Shown piece by piece: positions 52,505 through 64,000 of a stretch of 64,000 bases of DNA (position 1 is its first letter; each line of letters starts with the position of its first letter). A program made the position numbers and the translations under genes. The notes under the pieces are model-generated. The model did not search any database and had not been told where the DNA came from. It was given only the letters and a program-made list of their open reading frames with translations. Source of the stretch: Octopus sinensis (lineage: Eukaryota); assembly GCF_006345805.1 (NCBI RefSeq), contig NC_042998.1:91698001-91762000 (forward strand), written 5' to 3'.

Positions 52505-52810
52505 AACCACCAAGTGCACCAATTTACTTCAGAGCTACACAAGTTGGTCCTGACTTTGCAGTCTTGGAATGGAAGAAACCACATTCAGATGGAGGTTCTA
52601 AAATCACCAATTACATCATATCTGAAATGGGTGGTACATCATCTGATGTGAAGACTAAAATGAAAACTGTATCAGCTTATGAACATACTTGTCATTTGAA
52701 AGACTTGAAACAGAATTTGTCCTACTACTTCTGTGTTCAAGCTGAGAATAAAGCTGGTCTAAGTCCTTACTGTAATGCAGAATATGCAGTTACACCAATG
52801 CGACCTCTTG
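52505..52810 (+). CDS. Exon 52, FN3 domain 57, type B (Trp-less subtype)
   Basis: ttttcag; PPSAPIYFRATQVG...PMRPL; GTAAGA; 306 nt. Confidence 0.92.
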
Positions 52811-52930
52811 GTAAGATATTTGATATCTCTGTGTAATTTTTGTTTATAGATCTTAAACTTTCTTGGTATTTGATGTGAGTAAAACTTGAGAGACATTATT
52901 TTATCATTGTGTACTGTTTTGTATTTTTAG

Positions 52931-53236
52931 AAAAACCATCGAAACCAATTGGTCCTCTGAAAACCTATGATATTGAGAAAACATCTATTTCCATTTCCTG
53001 GAAAGCTCCAGAAGATGATGGAGGTAGTCCTCTCACTGGTTACATTATTGAGAAGAAAGAAGCTAATAGACAATACTGGAACAATGTGGCTAAGGTAGCA
53101 CCATCAGTGACCAACTACCGTGTTGAGGATCTGAGACAGAACTGTGAATATGACTTCAGAGTTACAGCAATCAATAAAATTGGTCTTAGCGATCCATTAG
53201 AGACCGATGCTTCAACAATGGCAAAGAGCTCATTCA
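52931..53236 (+). CDS. Exon 53, FN3 domain 58, type C'
   Basis: tttttag; KPSKPIGPLKTYDIEKT...MAKSSF; GTAAGT; 306 nt. Confidence 0.92.
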
Positions 53237-53801
53237 GTAAGTCATATATTTGGATTAATATTTTATGCCTGAATGCCATCTCTATCTGTTTATTTGATTT
53301 TCTTTGGTACACATACATAGGCAACTGCAATTTAGAGCTGTTCTAAATATGTTTACTCATGACGTTTTGAAGAAAAGCATATTTGTCAATGAAATTTTGC
53401 AGGGATATGTTTTCTAAGATGTGAAGTGCTGTTATGGTGATAGAATTTATAGAAGTGATTTTTTTGATGGAAGAGATTAAAATCATTTTCTCCTACCTCA
53501 GTTTCCCTAAATATATATGCTTAAACTACTTATATTATATAATCTACATTCATAAAAAACATTTCTGCAAACTTTGCTCTCAAAATATAAATCTTAAAGA
53601 GTTATGAAGAAACAAAGTCAAGAGATGGGGGGAATGATCCAAAACTTCTCAAAAAGTTTTTTTTTGTATGTCATCAGTATAATCTTAATCTATGTTATAA
53701 AGAATATACCAATGCAAACTTCATTAATAGCTATGCATTTTTCAGAAAGTTATGAAGAAAGAATATTGTGGGGTGGGGACAGTGCCAGAATGTGATTTTG
53801 C

Positions 53802-53836
<35 letters not shown>

Positions 53837-53945
53837 ACTTTTTATTCTAGAGTACCACATTTAAATATATTTTAGGGATATACTTTTATGAATACTTATG
53901 AACTTGTTTTCATTAATTTGGTAATTTCCTTATTTCTTATTGTAG

Positions 53946-54251
53946 GTGTACCATCTCGTCCTAAAGGACCTCTTGAAGTTACCAAAGTCTCTTATGACTA
54001 TGTGGATCTTGAATGGAGAGCTCCTGACAGTGATGGAGGCACTCCAATCACTAAATATATTGTTGAAGTAAGATCTGCTGCACGTTTGTCTTGGAACAAA
54101 GCAGAAGAAGTTGATGCCAAATCTACTGTTGCCAGAGTTACAGGTTTAGTCGAGGGTACAGAATATTACTTCCGTGTGATTGCTGTCAATGAGGAAGGAG
54201 AAAGTCCACCCTTGGAGACATCAGAATCTACGATACCAACAAGAGAAATAA
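53946..54251 (+). CDS. Exon 54, FN3 domain 59, type A'
   Basis: attgtag; VPSRPKGPLEVTKVS...PTREI; GTAAGT; 306 nt. Confidence 0.92.
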
Positions 54252-54401
54252 GTAAGTCAAAAAGTTATTCATGTATGTATTTATGTGTGATTGTATGTTT
54301 GGGTGAATTTGAAGAATAGACAGTTCTTTTACTAAATTTCTGAGTAATTGCTTCATTTTTCTAAGAAACTATATTTTGATTATCATATTTTACTTTATTA
54401 G

Positions 54402-54704
54402 TGCCACCTGGACCTCCTGTTAATCTTACGGCTACAAAGATTGGTAAGGACTTTGTGAATCTTGAATGGAAGCATCCTAAGGATGATGGTGGTTCTAAGA
54501 TAACCAAATATGCAATAAAATCAAGGAAAGACAGAAAGAGTGAATGGCAAACTATGATGTCTATTGATGGTAGCAGCCGAAGTTTCAAAGCAACAGATTT
54601 GAAAGAAGGCACTGAATATTACTTTGCTGTCTGTGCTGAAAACAAAGCTGGTTTTGGCAAGATGGCAGAAATTTCTGAAGCTATCATCCCTCTTAGAGAA
54701 GCAA
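54402..54704 (+). CDS. Exon 55, FN3 domain 60, type B
   Basis: ttattag; PPGPPVNLTATKIG...PLREA; GTAAGT; 303 nt. Confidence 0.92.
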
Positions 54705-54842
54705 GTAAGTAAAACATTTTATTTTATCCTCTATTTGGTTCATCTTTATTTATGATTGATCTCATATATGTATTTAAGCATTGTATTATTCCAATCTATA
54801 TAATATATTTGATTTTTTTCCTTGCCTTTGAAAATCTTTCAG

Positions 54843-55148
54843 CTGTACCTTCTATACCAACTGGTCCTCTTGATATCACTGATGTTCAACGTACCAGCAT
54901 TAATATTAAATGGAAAGCATCAAAGGATGATGGTGGTTCACCAATTATCGGATATAGGGTGGAAAAGAAACATCCCAGAGCACTGTTATGGAGCAGAGTT
55001 GATCAAGTGGATGCCTCAACATTTGAAATGTATATTAGAAATCTATATGAAAAGAATGAGTACCTATTTAGAGTCATGGCTATAAATGCAATTGGTCAGA
55101 GTGTCCCACTTGAGTCTGATTCTCCTATACTTACAAGAAGTCCTCATG
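54843..55148 (+). CDS. Exon 56, FN3 domain 61, type C
   Basis: ctttcag; VPSIPTGPLDITDVQRT...LTRSPH; GTATGA; 306 nt. Confidence 0.92.
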
Positions 55149-55434
55149 GTATGACCTCTTCTGTTACTTCTGGTTCAACTGTTTAACATGAATTATATTT
55201 CCTTGTTAACATGTCTTTTAATTTTTATACATTATATCACTATCAGTAAGTCTACCAAAAAATTCATAATTTTCTTGCAATACATGTTTAATTTTCCAGA
55301 AAAAACATACATTAAAACTTCAATTAAAGGTATTTGTAATAGCAAGTAATTATTATTGTATAATAAAATAAAATCCTTATCATCTCATTGTATTCCAACA
55401 TGATGCACAATGTCATCCTACTTTGTATTTACAG

Positions 55435-55737
55435 ATGTACCATCTCCACCAATTGGGCCACTTGCTGTTTCAAATGTCACCTATGATTCAGCTGATCTTG
55501 AATGGAAACCATCTGAAAAGGATGGTGGAACACCTATAACAGGATATTTGATAGAATACAGAACTGCTACTAGATCTACATGGTCAAAGGCAGCAACAGT
55601 GGACCCAAAACAGACAACATATACATGCAGCAATTTGATGGAAGGAACGGAATATTTCTTCAGAGTTATTGCTGTCAATGCTGAGGGACACAGCCGTCCT
55701 TTGGAATCAGATTCTGTTAAACCAATGAGGGAGCTTG
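55435..55737 (+). CDS. Exon 57, FN3 domain 62, type A
   Basis: tttacag; VPSPPIGPLAVSNVT...KPMREL; GTAAGT; 303 nt. Confidence 0.92.
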
Positions 55738-56029
55738 GTAAGTTATAGTTAACTAATGTTGAGTATAATATCGAAATTTAAACAAAATTATGTAGAACGT
55801 GTCTGTAGTGAGCTGATGAACCATGTCATCAGGTAGTTCAAGAAATTTACTTTATCCTACCCATTGTAAACAATATACGTAAACATAATTTACTTAATAT
55901 GCAATAGCTAAAAGGCCACATGGAAACTATTATAATGGTGGAAAGATATATGAGATCAAAAAATATGGGAGTTCAATTTATAACAGCATACATACACACA
56001 CTCACACAAACATACAAACATGCTTGCGT

Positions 56030-56100
56030 TCATTCATACATACATGCATAAATACATACATGCATACATAAATACATACGTACGTACATACATACATTCA

Positions 56101-56131
<31 letters not shown>

Positions 56132-56140
56132 GTACATATG
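56030..56140. repeat. Degenerate (ACAT)n microsatellite
   Basis: Direct reading. Confidence 0.9.
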
Positions 56141-56482
56141 TAAGGTCTGTGTATATATGTAATGTCACCATTGAAAATGATTTAATCTTGTCACTACATG
56201 TCAATATCCAGTTAGTTGGGTGTTACTACACAGCTTTTTCCCTTTCCTTAATTGACTCTAAAACCAATTAAATTCTCAAGAAAGGAATTAATATTGTACC
56301 CAAATGACAATTTATTGAGAGCGAAAATATATGACTTATAAATTAAAAGCTGAAAATCATTGACAGAAAATACATACTTACATTTTTAATGTATTTCACA
56401 TCATACCTTATCAGTATTTGTCAAACCCTAGTATCCTAATCTTAAAGTGTTTAAAATAATACAATGTTGATATTTTTTCTAG

Positions 56483-56785
56483 CTCTACCAGGACCACCTG
56501 TCAATGTCCGAGCTAGCAGAGTTGGTGAAGACTTTGTTGAACTTGAGTGGAATCAACCAAAATCAGATGGAGGAACACCAATTATTAAATACCATGTTGA
56601 AATATCTCCATATAAATTAGGAAACTGGACTAAACTGGCAACTGTTGGAGCTTATGATACATTCTGTAAAGCTACGAGACTTGAAGAAGATATGGACTAC
56701 TATTTCTCTGTATGTGCTGAAAATAAAATTGGAAAAGGTGAAGCTACTGAAACATCGAAACCTGTCACCACAAAGAAGGGACTTT
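56483..56785 (+). CDS. Exon 58, FN3 domain 63, type B
   Basis: tttctag; LPGPPVNVRASRVG...TKKGL; GTAAGT; 303 nt. Confidence 0.92.
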
Positions 56786-56930
56786 GTAAGTATTTTCACT
56801 TGAATATTTGCAGAAAAATAAATTTATACTTGAAATTAGAATATCATGTTTATTTAAATTATAATCTAGTTAAAAGTAGACAGAAGTGTTAAAAGAAAGA
56901 TGTTTATATAAATTATAAATTTACTTTCAG

Positions 56931-57236
56931 TGATTCCATCCAAACCAATTGGTCCTCTTACTGTTACCGATGTCCAACGTAAATCTATCAGCATCAAATG
57001 GAAAGCACCATCTGATGATGGTGGTTCTCCTATAATTGGATACATCATAGAAAAACGTCCCGAGTCTGCTCGATACTGGTCAAAGGTTGATAAAGTTCGT
57101 GCTGACACCACAGATTATTGTGTTAGGGATCTCCAAGAAAGAACTATGTATCACTTCAGAGTAATTGCTGAAAACAAAATTGGAGAGAGTGAACCTTTGG
57201 AAACTAGGGATGCTACCATGGCCAGAAGTCCATTTG
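56931..57236 (+). CDS. Exon 59, FN3 domain 64, type C
   Basis: ctttcag; IPSKPIGPLTVTDVQRK...MARSPF; GTAAGT; 306 nt. Confidence 0.92.
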
Positions 57237-57443
57237 GTAAGTTTAGTCATTATATATTGAATGTATTTCTTGAAAATTTTGCTTTTAATAGTAAAACAAA
57301 ATGTTACATTCAAAATAATTAAAATAACAAAAGTATTTTCATTGAAAAGGCAAAATAATGAGCCACCTGAATTTCCATTAATATTCATCAATAACTGCAA
57401 TATACTGAGTGTTATATTACATATATTCCTATTTATTTCTTAG

Positions 57444-57749
57444 ATGTGCCATCTGCACCAATTGGTCCATTGGAGATCACAAATGTCACCAATAATTCTG
57501 CTGACTTGAGCTGGAAACCATCTGCCAATGATGGTGGTACACCAATAACTGGATACATTATTGAACACAGAGTAGATTCCAGAACCTTCTGGACTAAGGC
57601 AGGCACTGTTAATGAGAAAACTACCACATTTACAGTACCAAATCTTACAGAAGACACAAGTTACCATTTCCGTGTCTTTGCTGTTAATGCTGAAGGACAG
57701 AGCAAACCACTTGAATCTACTGATGTCACAAAACCAGTGAGAAAGATTG
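57444..57749 (+). CDS. Exon 60, FN3 domain 65, type A
   Basis: ttcttag; VPSAPIGPLEITNVT...TKPVRKI; GTGAGT; 306 nt. Confidence 0.92.
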
Positions 57750-57881
57750 GTGAGTAATAATCTATTTCTCATTAGAATTTTTTCTTCAGATTTTCAGAAG
57801 CTTTGTATTTATATGGTAGGATATTAAAGATTATCAGAGAATTTTGTGTATTAAAAATATTTTATTGGAAATGTTTTTCAG

Positions 57882-58187
57882 AACCACCAAGTGCACCAAT
57901 TTACTTCAGAGCTACACAAGTTGGTCCTGACTTTGCAGTCTTGGAATGGAAGAAACCACATTCAGATGGAGGTTCTAAAATCACCAATTACATCATATCT
58001 GAAATGGGTGGTACATCATCTGATGTGAAGACTAAAATGAAAACTGTATCAGCTTTTGAACATACTTGTCATTTGAGAGACTTGAAACAGAATCTGTCCT
58101 ACTACTTCTGTGTTCAAGCTGAGAACAAAGCTGGTCTAAGTCCTTACTGTAATGCAGAATATGCAGTTACACCAATGCGACCTCTTG
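57882..58187 (+). CDS. Exon 61, FN3 domain 66, type B (Trp-less subtype)
   Basis: ttttcag; PPSAPIYFRATQVG...PMRPL; GTAAGA; 306 nt. Confidence 0.92.
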
Positions 58188-58307
58188 GTAAGATATTTGA
58201 TATCTCTATTTAATTTTTGTTGATAGATCTTAAACTTTCTTGGTATTTGATGTGAGTATAACTTGAGAGACATTATTCTATCATTGTGTACTGTTTTGTA
58301 TTTTTAG

Positions 58308-58613
58308 AAAAACCATCGAAACCAATTGGTCCTCTGAAAACCTATGATATTGAGAAAACATCTATTTCCATTTCCTGGAAAGCTCCAGAAGATGATGGAG
58401 GTAGTCCTCTCACTGGTTACATTATTGAGAAGAAAGAAGCTAACAGACAATACTGGAACAATGTGGCTAAGGTAGCACCATCAGTGACCAACTACCGTGT
58501 TGAGGATCTGAGACAGAACTGTGAATATGACTTCAGAGTTACAGCAATTAATAAAATTGGTCACAGTGATCCATTAGAGACCGATGCTTCAACAATGGCG
58601 AAGAGCTCATTCA
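58308..58613 (+). CDS. Exon 62, FN3 domain 67, type C'
   Basis: tttttag; KPSKPIGPLKTYDIEKT...MAKSSF; GTAAGC; 306 nt. Confidence 0.92.
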
Positions 58614-59398
58614 GTAAGCAACAACTCTTTATAGTATCTTGTATTGTATTTGTTTCCATGTCACCTTTTTTGAAAATACAACAGTTTATTTCCAATAATT
58701 CAAACATACATTTAGATGTTGAAGAATGTAAATAAGATCCTTGAGTTAATCTATTTCAAAGAAATAAATGTGTGAATAGCACTTTTGAACAAAGATTATA
58801 AGATAATTTTACTTTAACCACTTTATGAAATTTAAAATATCTTTGGAACTCTAATTGTAGTCTGACTTCGCAGCACATATTGAGTTTCATTCACTTATTA
58901 CCCTGAAATGCATAAAACACATGTATACCTTTGTATTTTTAGATTTTCATAATTAATTTGATTACATAAAACTTTGTGTTCATAAACTTTTTTAAAATAA
59001 ATTTTTATGGTTGAATGTGTATCTAATGATCAGTGAATTTCTAAAGATATCTAAGTCTTTGAGTGGAGTATTCAATATTATTTACATTAAGTTTTCAAAT
59101 TTATCTACAAATTTTGAACAAATTTAGGTGTAAGAAGATCATAAATTATATTTCTACCCCGATATGTGTTTCACATGCATATTCCTTTTGTTATCATAAA
59201 CAGTAATGAACAGGATAAAATATATGTGAGAAAGCTATCACATTATAGAATTAATTTTAACTTCCTTCTTGATGCTTTTATAAACTGCTGAAAATAGATT
59301 TGTAAATAAAAAGAAATTACTCAAATTCATTTTTATCTTCATGTTTAATTATAGAGAATTATCTTAAAACATCCATTCTTTAAAATTCTTCATTTTAG

Positions 59399-59704
59399 GT
59401 GTACCATCTCGTCCTAAAGGACCTCTTGAAGTTACCAAAGTCTCTTATGACTATGTGGATCTTGAATGGAGAGCTCCTGACAGTGATGGAGGTACTCCAA
59501 TCACTAAATATATTGTTGAAGTAAGATCTGCTGCACGCATGTCTTGGAACAAAGCAGAAGAAATTGATCCAAAATCTACTGTTGCCAGAGTTACAGGTTT
59601 AGTCGAGGGTACAGAATATTACTTCCGTGTGATTGCTGTCAATGAGGAAGGAGAAAGTCCACCCTTGGAGACATCAGAATCTACGATACCAACAAGAGAA
59701 ATAA
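59399..59704 (+). CDS. Exon 63, FN3 domain 68, type A'
   Basis: attttag; VPSRPKGPLEVTKVS...PTREI; GTAAGT; 306 nt. Confidence 0.92.
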
Positions 59705-59708
59705 GTAA

Positions 59709-59710
<2 letters not shown>

Positions 59711-59799
<89 letters not shown>

Positions 59800-59830
59800 G
59801 TGTCTATCTATATGTATATGTGTGTGTGTG
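59711..59830. repeat. (TC)n(TATC)n(TG)n microsatellite directly after the exon 63 donor
   Basis: Direct reading. Confidence 0.95.
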
Positions 59831-59964
59831 TTAAATACATATTGTTTATATCAATTTAAACAGAGGAGTGTACAAATACATAAGGTTAATGTTAAAGTGA
59901 ATAAAAAAGTAATAGTCCATTGGAATCACATGAAAAAATTGTGTCTGTTGGTACCTTAGTGTGA

Positions 59965-60290
59965 AGGTGCATATCTTAGTGGTTAGGGTATTCAGCTGTT
60001 GGTCATAAGGTATGAGTTCAATTTCTGGCGGCACTTTGTGTCCCTGACCAAGGCCCTTTATTTCACATTGTTCCAGTACACTCAGCTGGCAAAAATGAAT
60101 TGCACCTGTAGTTCAATGGGCCATACTTGTCACATTTAGTGTGACACATTGAATATCCCTTAGAACTGCATTAAGGGGTAGCATTTCTGTGGAGTACTCA
60201 GTCACTTGCACATTAATTTCACAGGCAGATTGTTCCATTGATCAAATCAACTGCAATACTTGTAATCATAACCTAACCGATGGAGAGTCA
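59965..60290 (+). mobile_element. tRNA-derived SINE family S4, forward copy
   Basis: cttagtggttagggtattc...gagttcaatt...tttcacattg.tccagt.cactcagctggcaaaaatga mirrors 22600-22745. Confidence 0.6.
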
Positions 60291-60973
60291 GCCCAGTGCA
60301 ATTCCCAATATAAGTTCAGTACTTGATATGTATGAATGTAAATTTATTCTCCATATTTGCACACAAATTGGAAGAAATTTGAAACTTGAAAAATTAAATT
60401 TGAATGTTGTATTTATAGAGATGAAGATAGTGGTTAGTTACAGGTGTTACAAAAATGTCTTTGAGTGTCTTTTTACAAAGAATAGGATGAAATTCAATTG
60501 TAAGAATATTACAAACTGTGGATATCATTAAATCAGAAATGTTGATGAACCAAATATACTGAAGTAGTTAACATCATGGCTCACCTTATATCAAAGTTTA
60601 TGGACTGCTCAGATCATATACAATGATGGAAAGGGTAGATAATAACTTCTGCTATCAGAATAATCCATTTAATAATGAGATGGATTTGGTGATAGCTTTG
60701 TAGTAGTGCTGTAGAAAAATAAGTAAGTGTTGAAATATATTTTGTCAGTTTCTCTTTCTCCCTTTAAATAGAAGACTATAATGTATATTTAAACATCAGA
60801 AAGTTGTGTAGAGAGATAGATATACAGACAGACAGATAGACACAGACAAGGAGCATATCTATATGCAAGTTTTGACTTTACATTCCAATACAAATAAAGA
60901 ATTTTATTTTTATATATGTTTGTATTCAATTTACATTACCTGCATTTATATACCAATGTTTCTCTCTTTTTAG

Positions 60974-61276
60974 TGCCTCCTGGAATTCCTGTTTCTTTCA
61001 TGGCTAATAAAGTGGGCAAAAACTTTGTTAATCTTCAATGGAGACATCCTAAAGATGACGGTGGTTCAGCCATTCTCAAATATATTATTAAAATGAGAAA
61101 AGATACAAAATCTGATTGGGTCAAACTGATGACAATTGATGGTAGGGAAACAGCTTACCGTGTACCTGACTTAACTGAGGGTACTGAATACTACTTCTCA
61201 GTTAATGCAGAAAACAAAGTTGGACCTGGAAAGTGTGCTGAACTTCCTGAAGCTGTTGTTCCAACAAGAGAAGCAA
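60974..61276 (+). CDS. Exon 64, FN3 domain 69, type B
   Basis: tttttag; PPGIPVSFMANKVG...PTREA; GTAAGT; 303 nt. Confidence 0.92.
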
Positions 61277-61453
61277 GTAAGTATCTCAAATGACACCTGT
61301 TTACAGATATATTCCATAAAATATTGATTTGAAATAAATAAAAAAAAATATTTATGAAAATAACTGAAGATACATAAGAATTTAAAGAATTAAATATGTT
61401 CATAATTCTAATTTTTTAATTTAAAAATATTGTTTGTACCTTGTTTTTTTTAG

Positions 61454-61759
61454 CTGTACCTTCATGTCCTACTGGTCCTCTTGACATTACTGATGTCCAA
61501 CGTACTAGCATCAGTATTAAATGGAAGGCACCAAAGGATGATGGCGGTTCACCAATTATTGCTTACAATGTTGAGAAGAAGCATGCTAAAGCCCATATAT
61601 GGAGTAGGGTAGATCAAGTGGATGCTTCAACATATGAAATGTGTGTTAGAGGCCTTTATGAGAAGAATGAATATCTCTTCAGAGTTATTGCTGTCAACAA
61701 GATTGGACAGAGTCCACCTCTTGAGTCAGACGCAGCTACTTTAGCTCGTAGTCCATTCG
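61454..61759 (+). CDS. Exon 65, FN3 domain 70, type C
   Basis: tttttag; VPSCPTGPLDITDVQRT...LARSPF; GTAAGT; 306 nt. Confidence 0.92.
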
Positions 61760-62343
61760 GTAAGTTTCTTTTAAAATATTTTAGTTCTAGTTTTGTTGTG
61801 AGTGTGGTGTTGATATATGAATAAAGTAAAATCTTTTGTGCTTACAAAATATTGTGTAGTGAAGATTACTGTCACTTACTATTCAGTAAATTTACTGGAT
61901 TGTGGTACTTCTCTTTCCACCTTACCTTCCTCTCCAACTTGATGGTGGTTTAGCCCTAGAATAAAATATCTGTCTTTAGGCCTTCCAACCTATCTACTCT
62001 ACACTAGATTCCATCATATCATCCAGATGGAAGAAAATTGCCAGAAATTACAAGCCAAAGGAAAAACAGAGTCAGTAGATATTGTTCGGCACTCTATGTG
62101 ACAATAGCTCCCACTATTCAGCGATACTCAGAAATTGAAATAAGGCATGCAAAATGATTTGCCATTCTCCATGCAACTTGCAACATGTCTGTGTTTCTAC
62201 ACTTATTTCAAATTAATAATTCCTATCATTAACACTGCCAGTGCTAACGATAGGCATTATTAGTTTTGAATAAAACTAAATACAAACGAGAAGACAATTA
62301 ATGTAACCATGCTAGTTGTCCCATAAATTAGTTACTGTATGAC

Positions 62344-62557
62344 CATCATCATCATCATCACCGTTTAATGTCCGCTTTCCATGCTAGCATAGGTTGGATG
62401 ATTTGACTGAGGACTGGCGAACCAGATGGCTGCACCAGGCTCCAATCTGATCTGGTAGAGTTTCTACAGCTGTATGCCCTTCCTAATGCCAACCACTCTG
62501 AGAGTGTAGTGGGTGCTTTTATGTGCCACTGGCGCGAGGGTCAGTCAGGCAGTACTG
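62344..62557 (-). mobile_element. SINE-like family S1, reverse copy with (CAT)n
   Basis: Reverse complement of 26471-26686. Confidence 0.8.
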
Positions 62558-63834
62558 TTGAATTATAAATAAGAAAGATGAACATGAAAATAAGGAACTT
62601 ATGAGAGGATTCAGAATATGTTACTGTAAATCTGATGTAGATAGAATAAATGTAGGAAAGCACTCTTAACATAGAAAATAGGCTCTGATGTTATCAAAAG
62701 AGAACAGATAAGAAAGTAATTAAATACAATGGATAAATTGAAAATATTGAACAGCTGAGGATAAGAAGAGCACACAACTGAAAAAGCATTGAAAATACAC
62801 AGCATAAAGAGCTTGAAAATAAGATGAAATATGTTTGGTGGATTAAACACTCTGGTAAAATTTCAGCAATATTGAATTAAATGTGAACTGAAGTCAAGTA
62901 TAGATTAAAATAATATAACCATAAGAGACTACATGAAATCTTATCAGACTTTCTAAGACGTAGTTAACAGAAATTGAGCAGAAATACCAAGGAATATCTA
63001 ACCACATTATCTCAAGACAGCTCATTTTATCTCCAAAAGAACATACACATAAACATGGCACTATCAAATTAGGATAAGTTACTAAAGATGGTTTGTATTT
63101 ACACAAACTTTGAACTAAAGAGATTATATTCTTGGACTGAACATTCCTCTCTATCCTTTAATATATTAGTTTTATTTCACAAGATCACTTCCAAGAGCTC
63201 AGTTTTGGCATTACTTTTAGTTTCATTTTCCTGTTTCATGAGAAAGAAGGAAAAGATATTGCTTAAATTTGAAGTTCAAATACATTCCAATGAGGCTAAG
63301 CTATTTTAAAATAGCATGGTAAAATAGGAGTAATTGAAACATGACAGCTTTAAAAAGAAAGAGTAAGAATAAGTATTTTAGAGTAGTGAACAGCAAATAT
63401 TATATTCATTTCAAACAAATTATATTCCACTAGCTTTCCATTATAATGAATTATATATTTTCTTTCAAAAACACATTTTGCTGATTAAAATAGTATTTAC
63501 CTTAAATTCTATTAAATTTGCTTTGAAAATAAGAATATTGTTCCAAATATAGCCAATATAAGTGATCTTTTTCAATTTTCATCTTCTCTTTTGCCTCATT
63601 ACAATAAACTTATAATAAAACTTTGAAAAATTATAGGTTCTTCACTCTATTTATAACTTTCATCATACTATATAGGTATATTAAAAAAATTTAGTAAGCA
63701 AAAACAAAATAGATCAATGAATTAACATTTCATATAATTGTATACTATTCAGCTTATTCTCCATTTTAATCTAAATTAACGCTTATCACTTTTCATATAA
63801 TTTATTTCTCCTACTTTTATTTGCCTATTTTCAG

Positions 63835-64000
63835 ATGTGCCATCTCCACCTGTTGGCCCACTGGTTATCTCAAATGTCACCTACAATTCAGCTGATCTTG
63901 AATGGAAACCATCTGAAAATGATGGTGGAACTTCCATTACAGGATATTTGGTTGAATACAGAACAGCTACCAGAACCACATGGTCAAAGGCAGCAACAGT
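63835..64000 (+). CDS. Exon 66 (3' truncated), FN3 domain 71, type A
   Basis: ttttcag; VPSPPVGPLVISNVTYNSADLEWKPSENDGGTSITGYLVEYRTATRTTWSKAAT. Confidence 0.9.
   Translation, partial: MCHLHLLAHWLSQMSPTIQLILNGNHLKMMVELPLQDIWLNTEQLPEPHGQRQQQ

Larger units (their letters stand above)
52067..53241 (+). repeat. Near-identical direct repeat, copy 1 (exons 51-53 plus two introns)
   Basis: Matches 57444-58618 at a constant offset of 5377 with only scattered substitutions. Confidence 0.95.
57444..58618 (+). repeat. Near-identical direct repeat, copy 2 (exons 60-62 plus two introns)
   Basis: Matches 52067-53241. Confidence 0.95.

Noticed and set aside
52056-57772. Duplicated antisense ORFs (52056-52395 and 57433-57772) suggesting a conserved antisense gene
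   Set aside because: They are shadows of exons 51 and 60, repeated only because those exons are near-identical.
52067-58618. 5377-bp offset repeat as an uncollapsed haplotype or assembly duplication
   Set aside because: Only part of the unit is near-identical; other exons and introns of the two 9-mers diverge strongly and the domain register continues. Long reads are still needed to exclude polishing artefacts.

Overview
Eukaryotic, AT-rich, microsatellite- and SINE-rich genomic DNA. A mollusc, probably a cephalopod (Octopus-like), is my inference from repeat style; it is not proven. The whole 64 kb lies inside one + strand gene with no start or stop in the window. I read 66 GT-AG exons (first and last truncated), all phase 1-1, giving about 21.3 kb of CDS (about 7,100 aa). 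They encode 71 consecutive titin/twitchin-type fibronectin type III (FN3) domains with no Ig, kinase or PEVK segment. The domains run in a strict C-A-B triad (my labels), nested in a 9-domain higher-order repeat that changes type at about 22-23 kb. Each domain is one 294-306 nt exon, except one 1827-nt exon (14854-16680) that fuses six domains exactly, consistent with loss of five adjacent introns. Parts of the last two 9-mers (51.5-59.7 kb) are nearly identical, with boundaries at splice sites, suggesting gene conversion. Introns hold several SINE-like families, a non-autonomous Helitron, a piggyBac-like MITE, a long hairpin, a decayed RTE-like LINE remnant and many microsatellites. All coordinates were read by eye; repeat boundaries are approximate.
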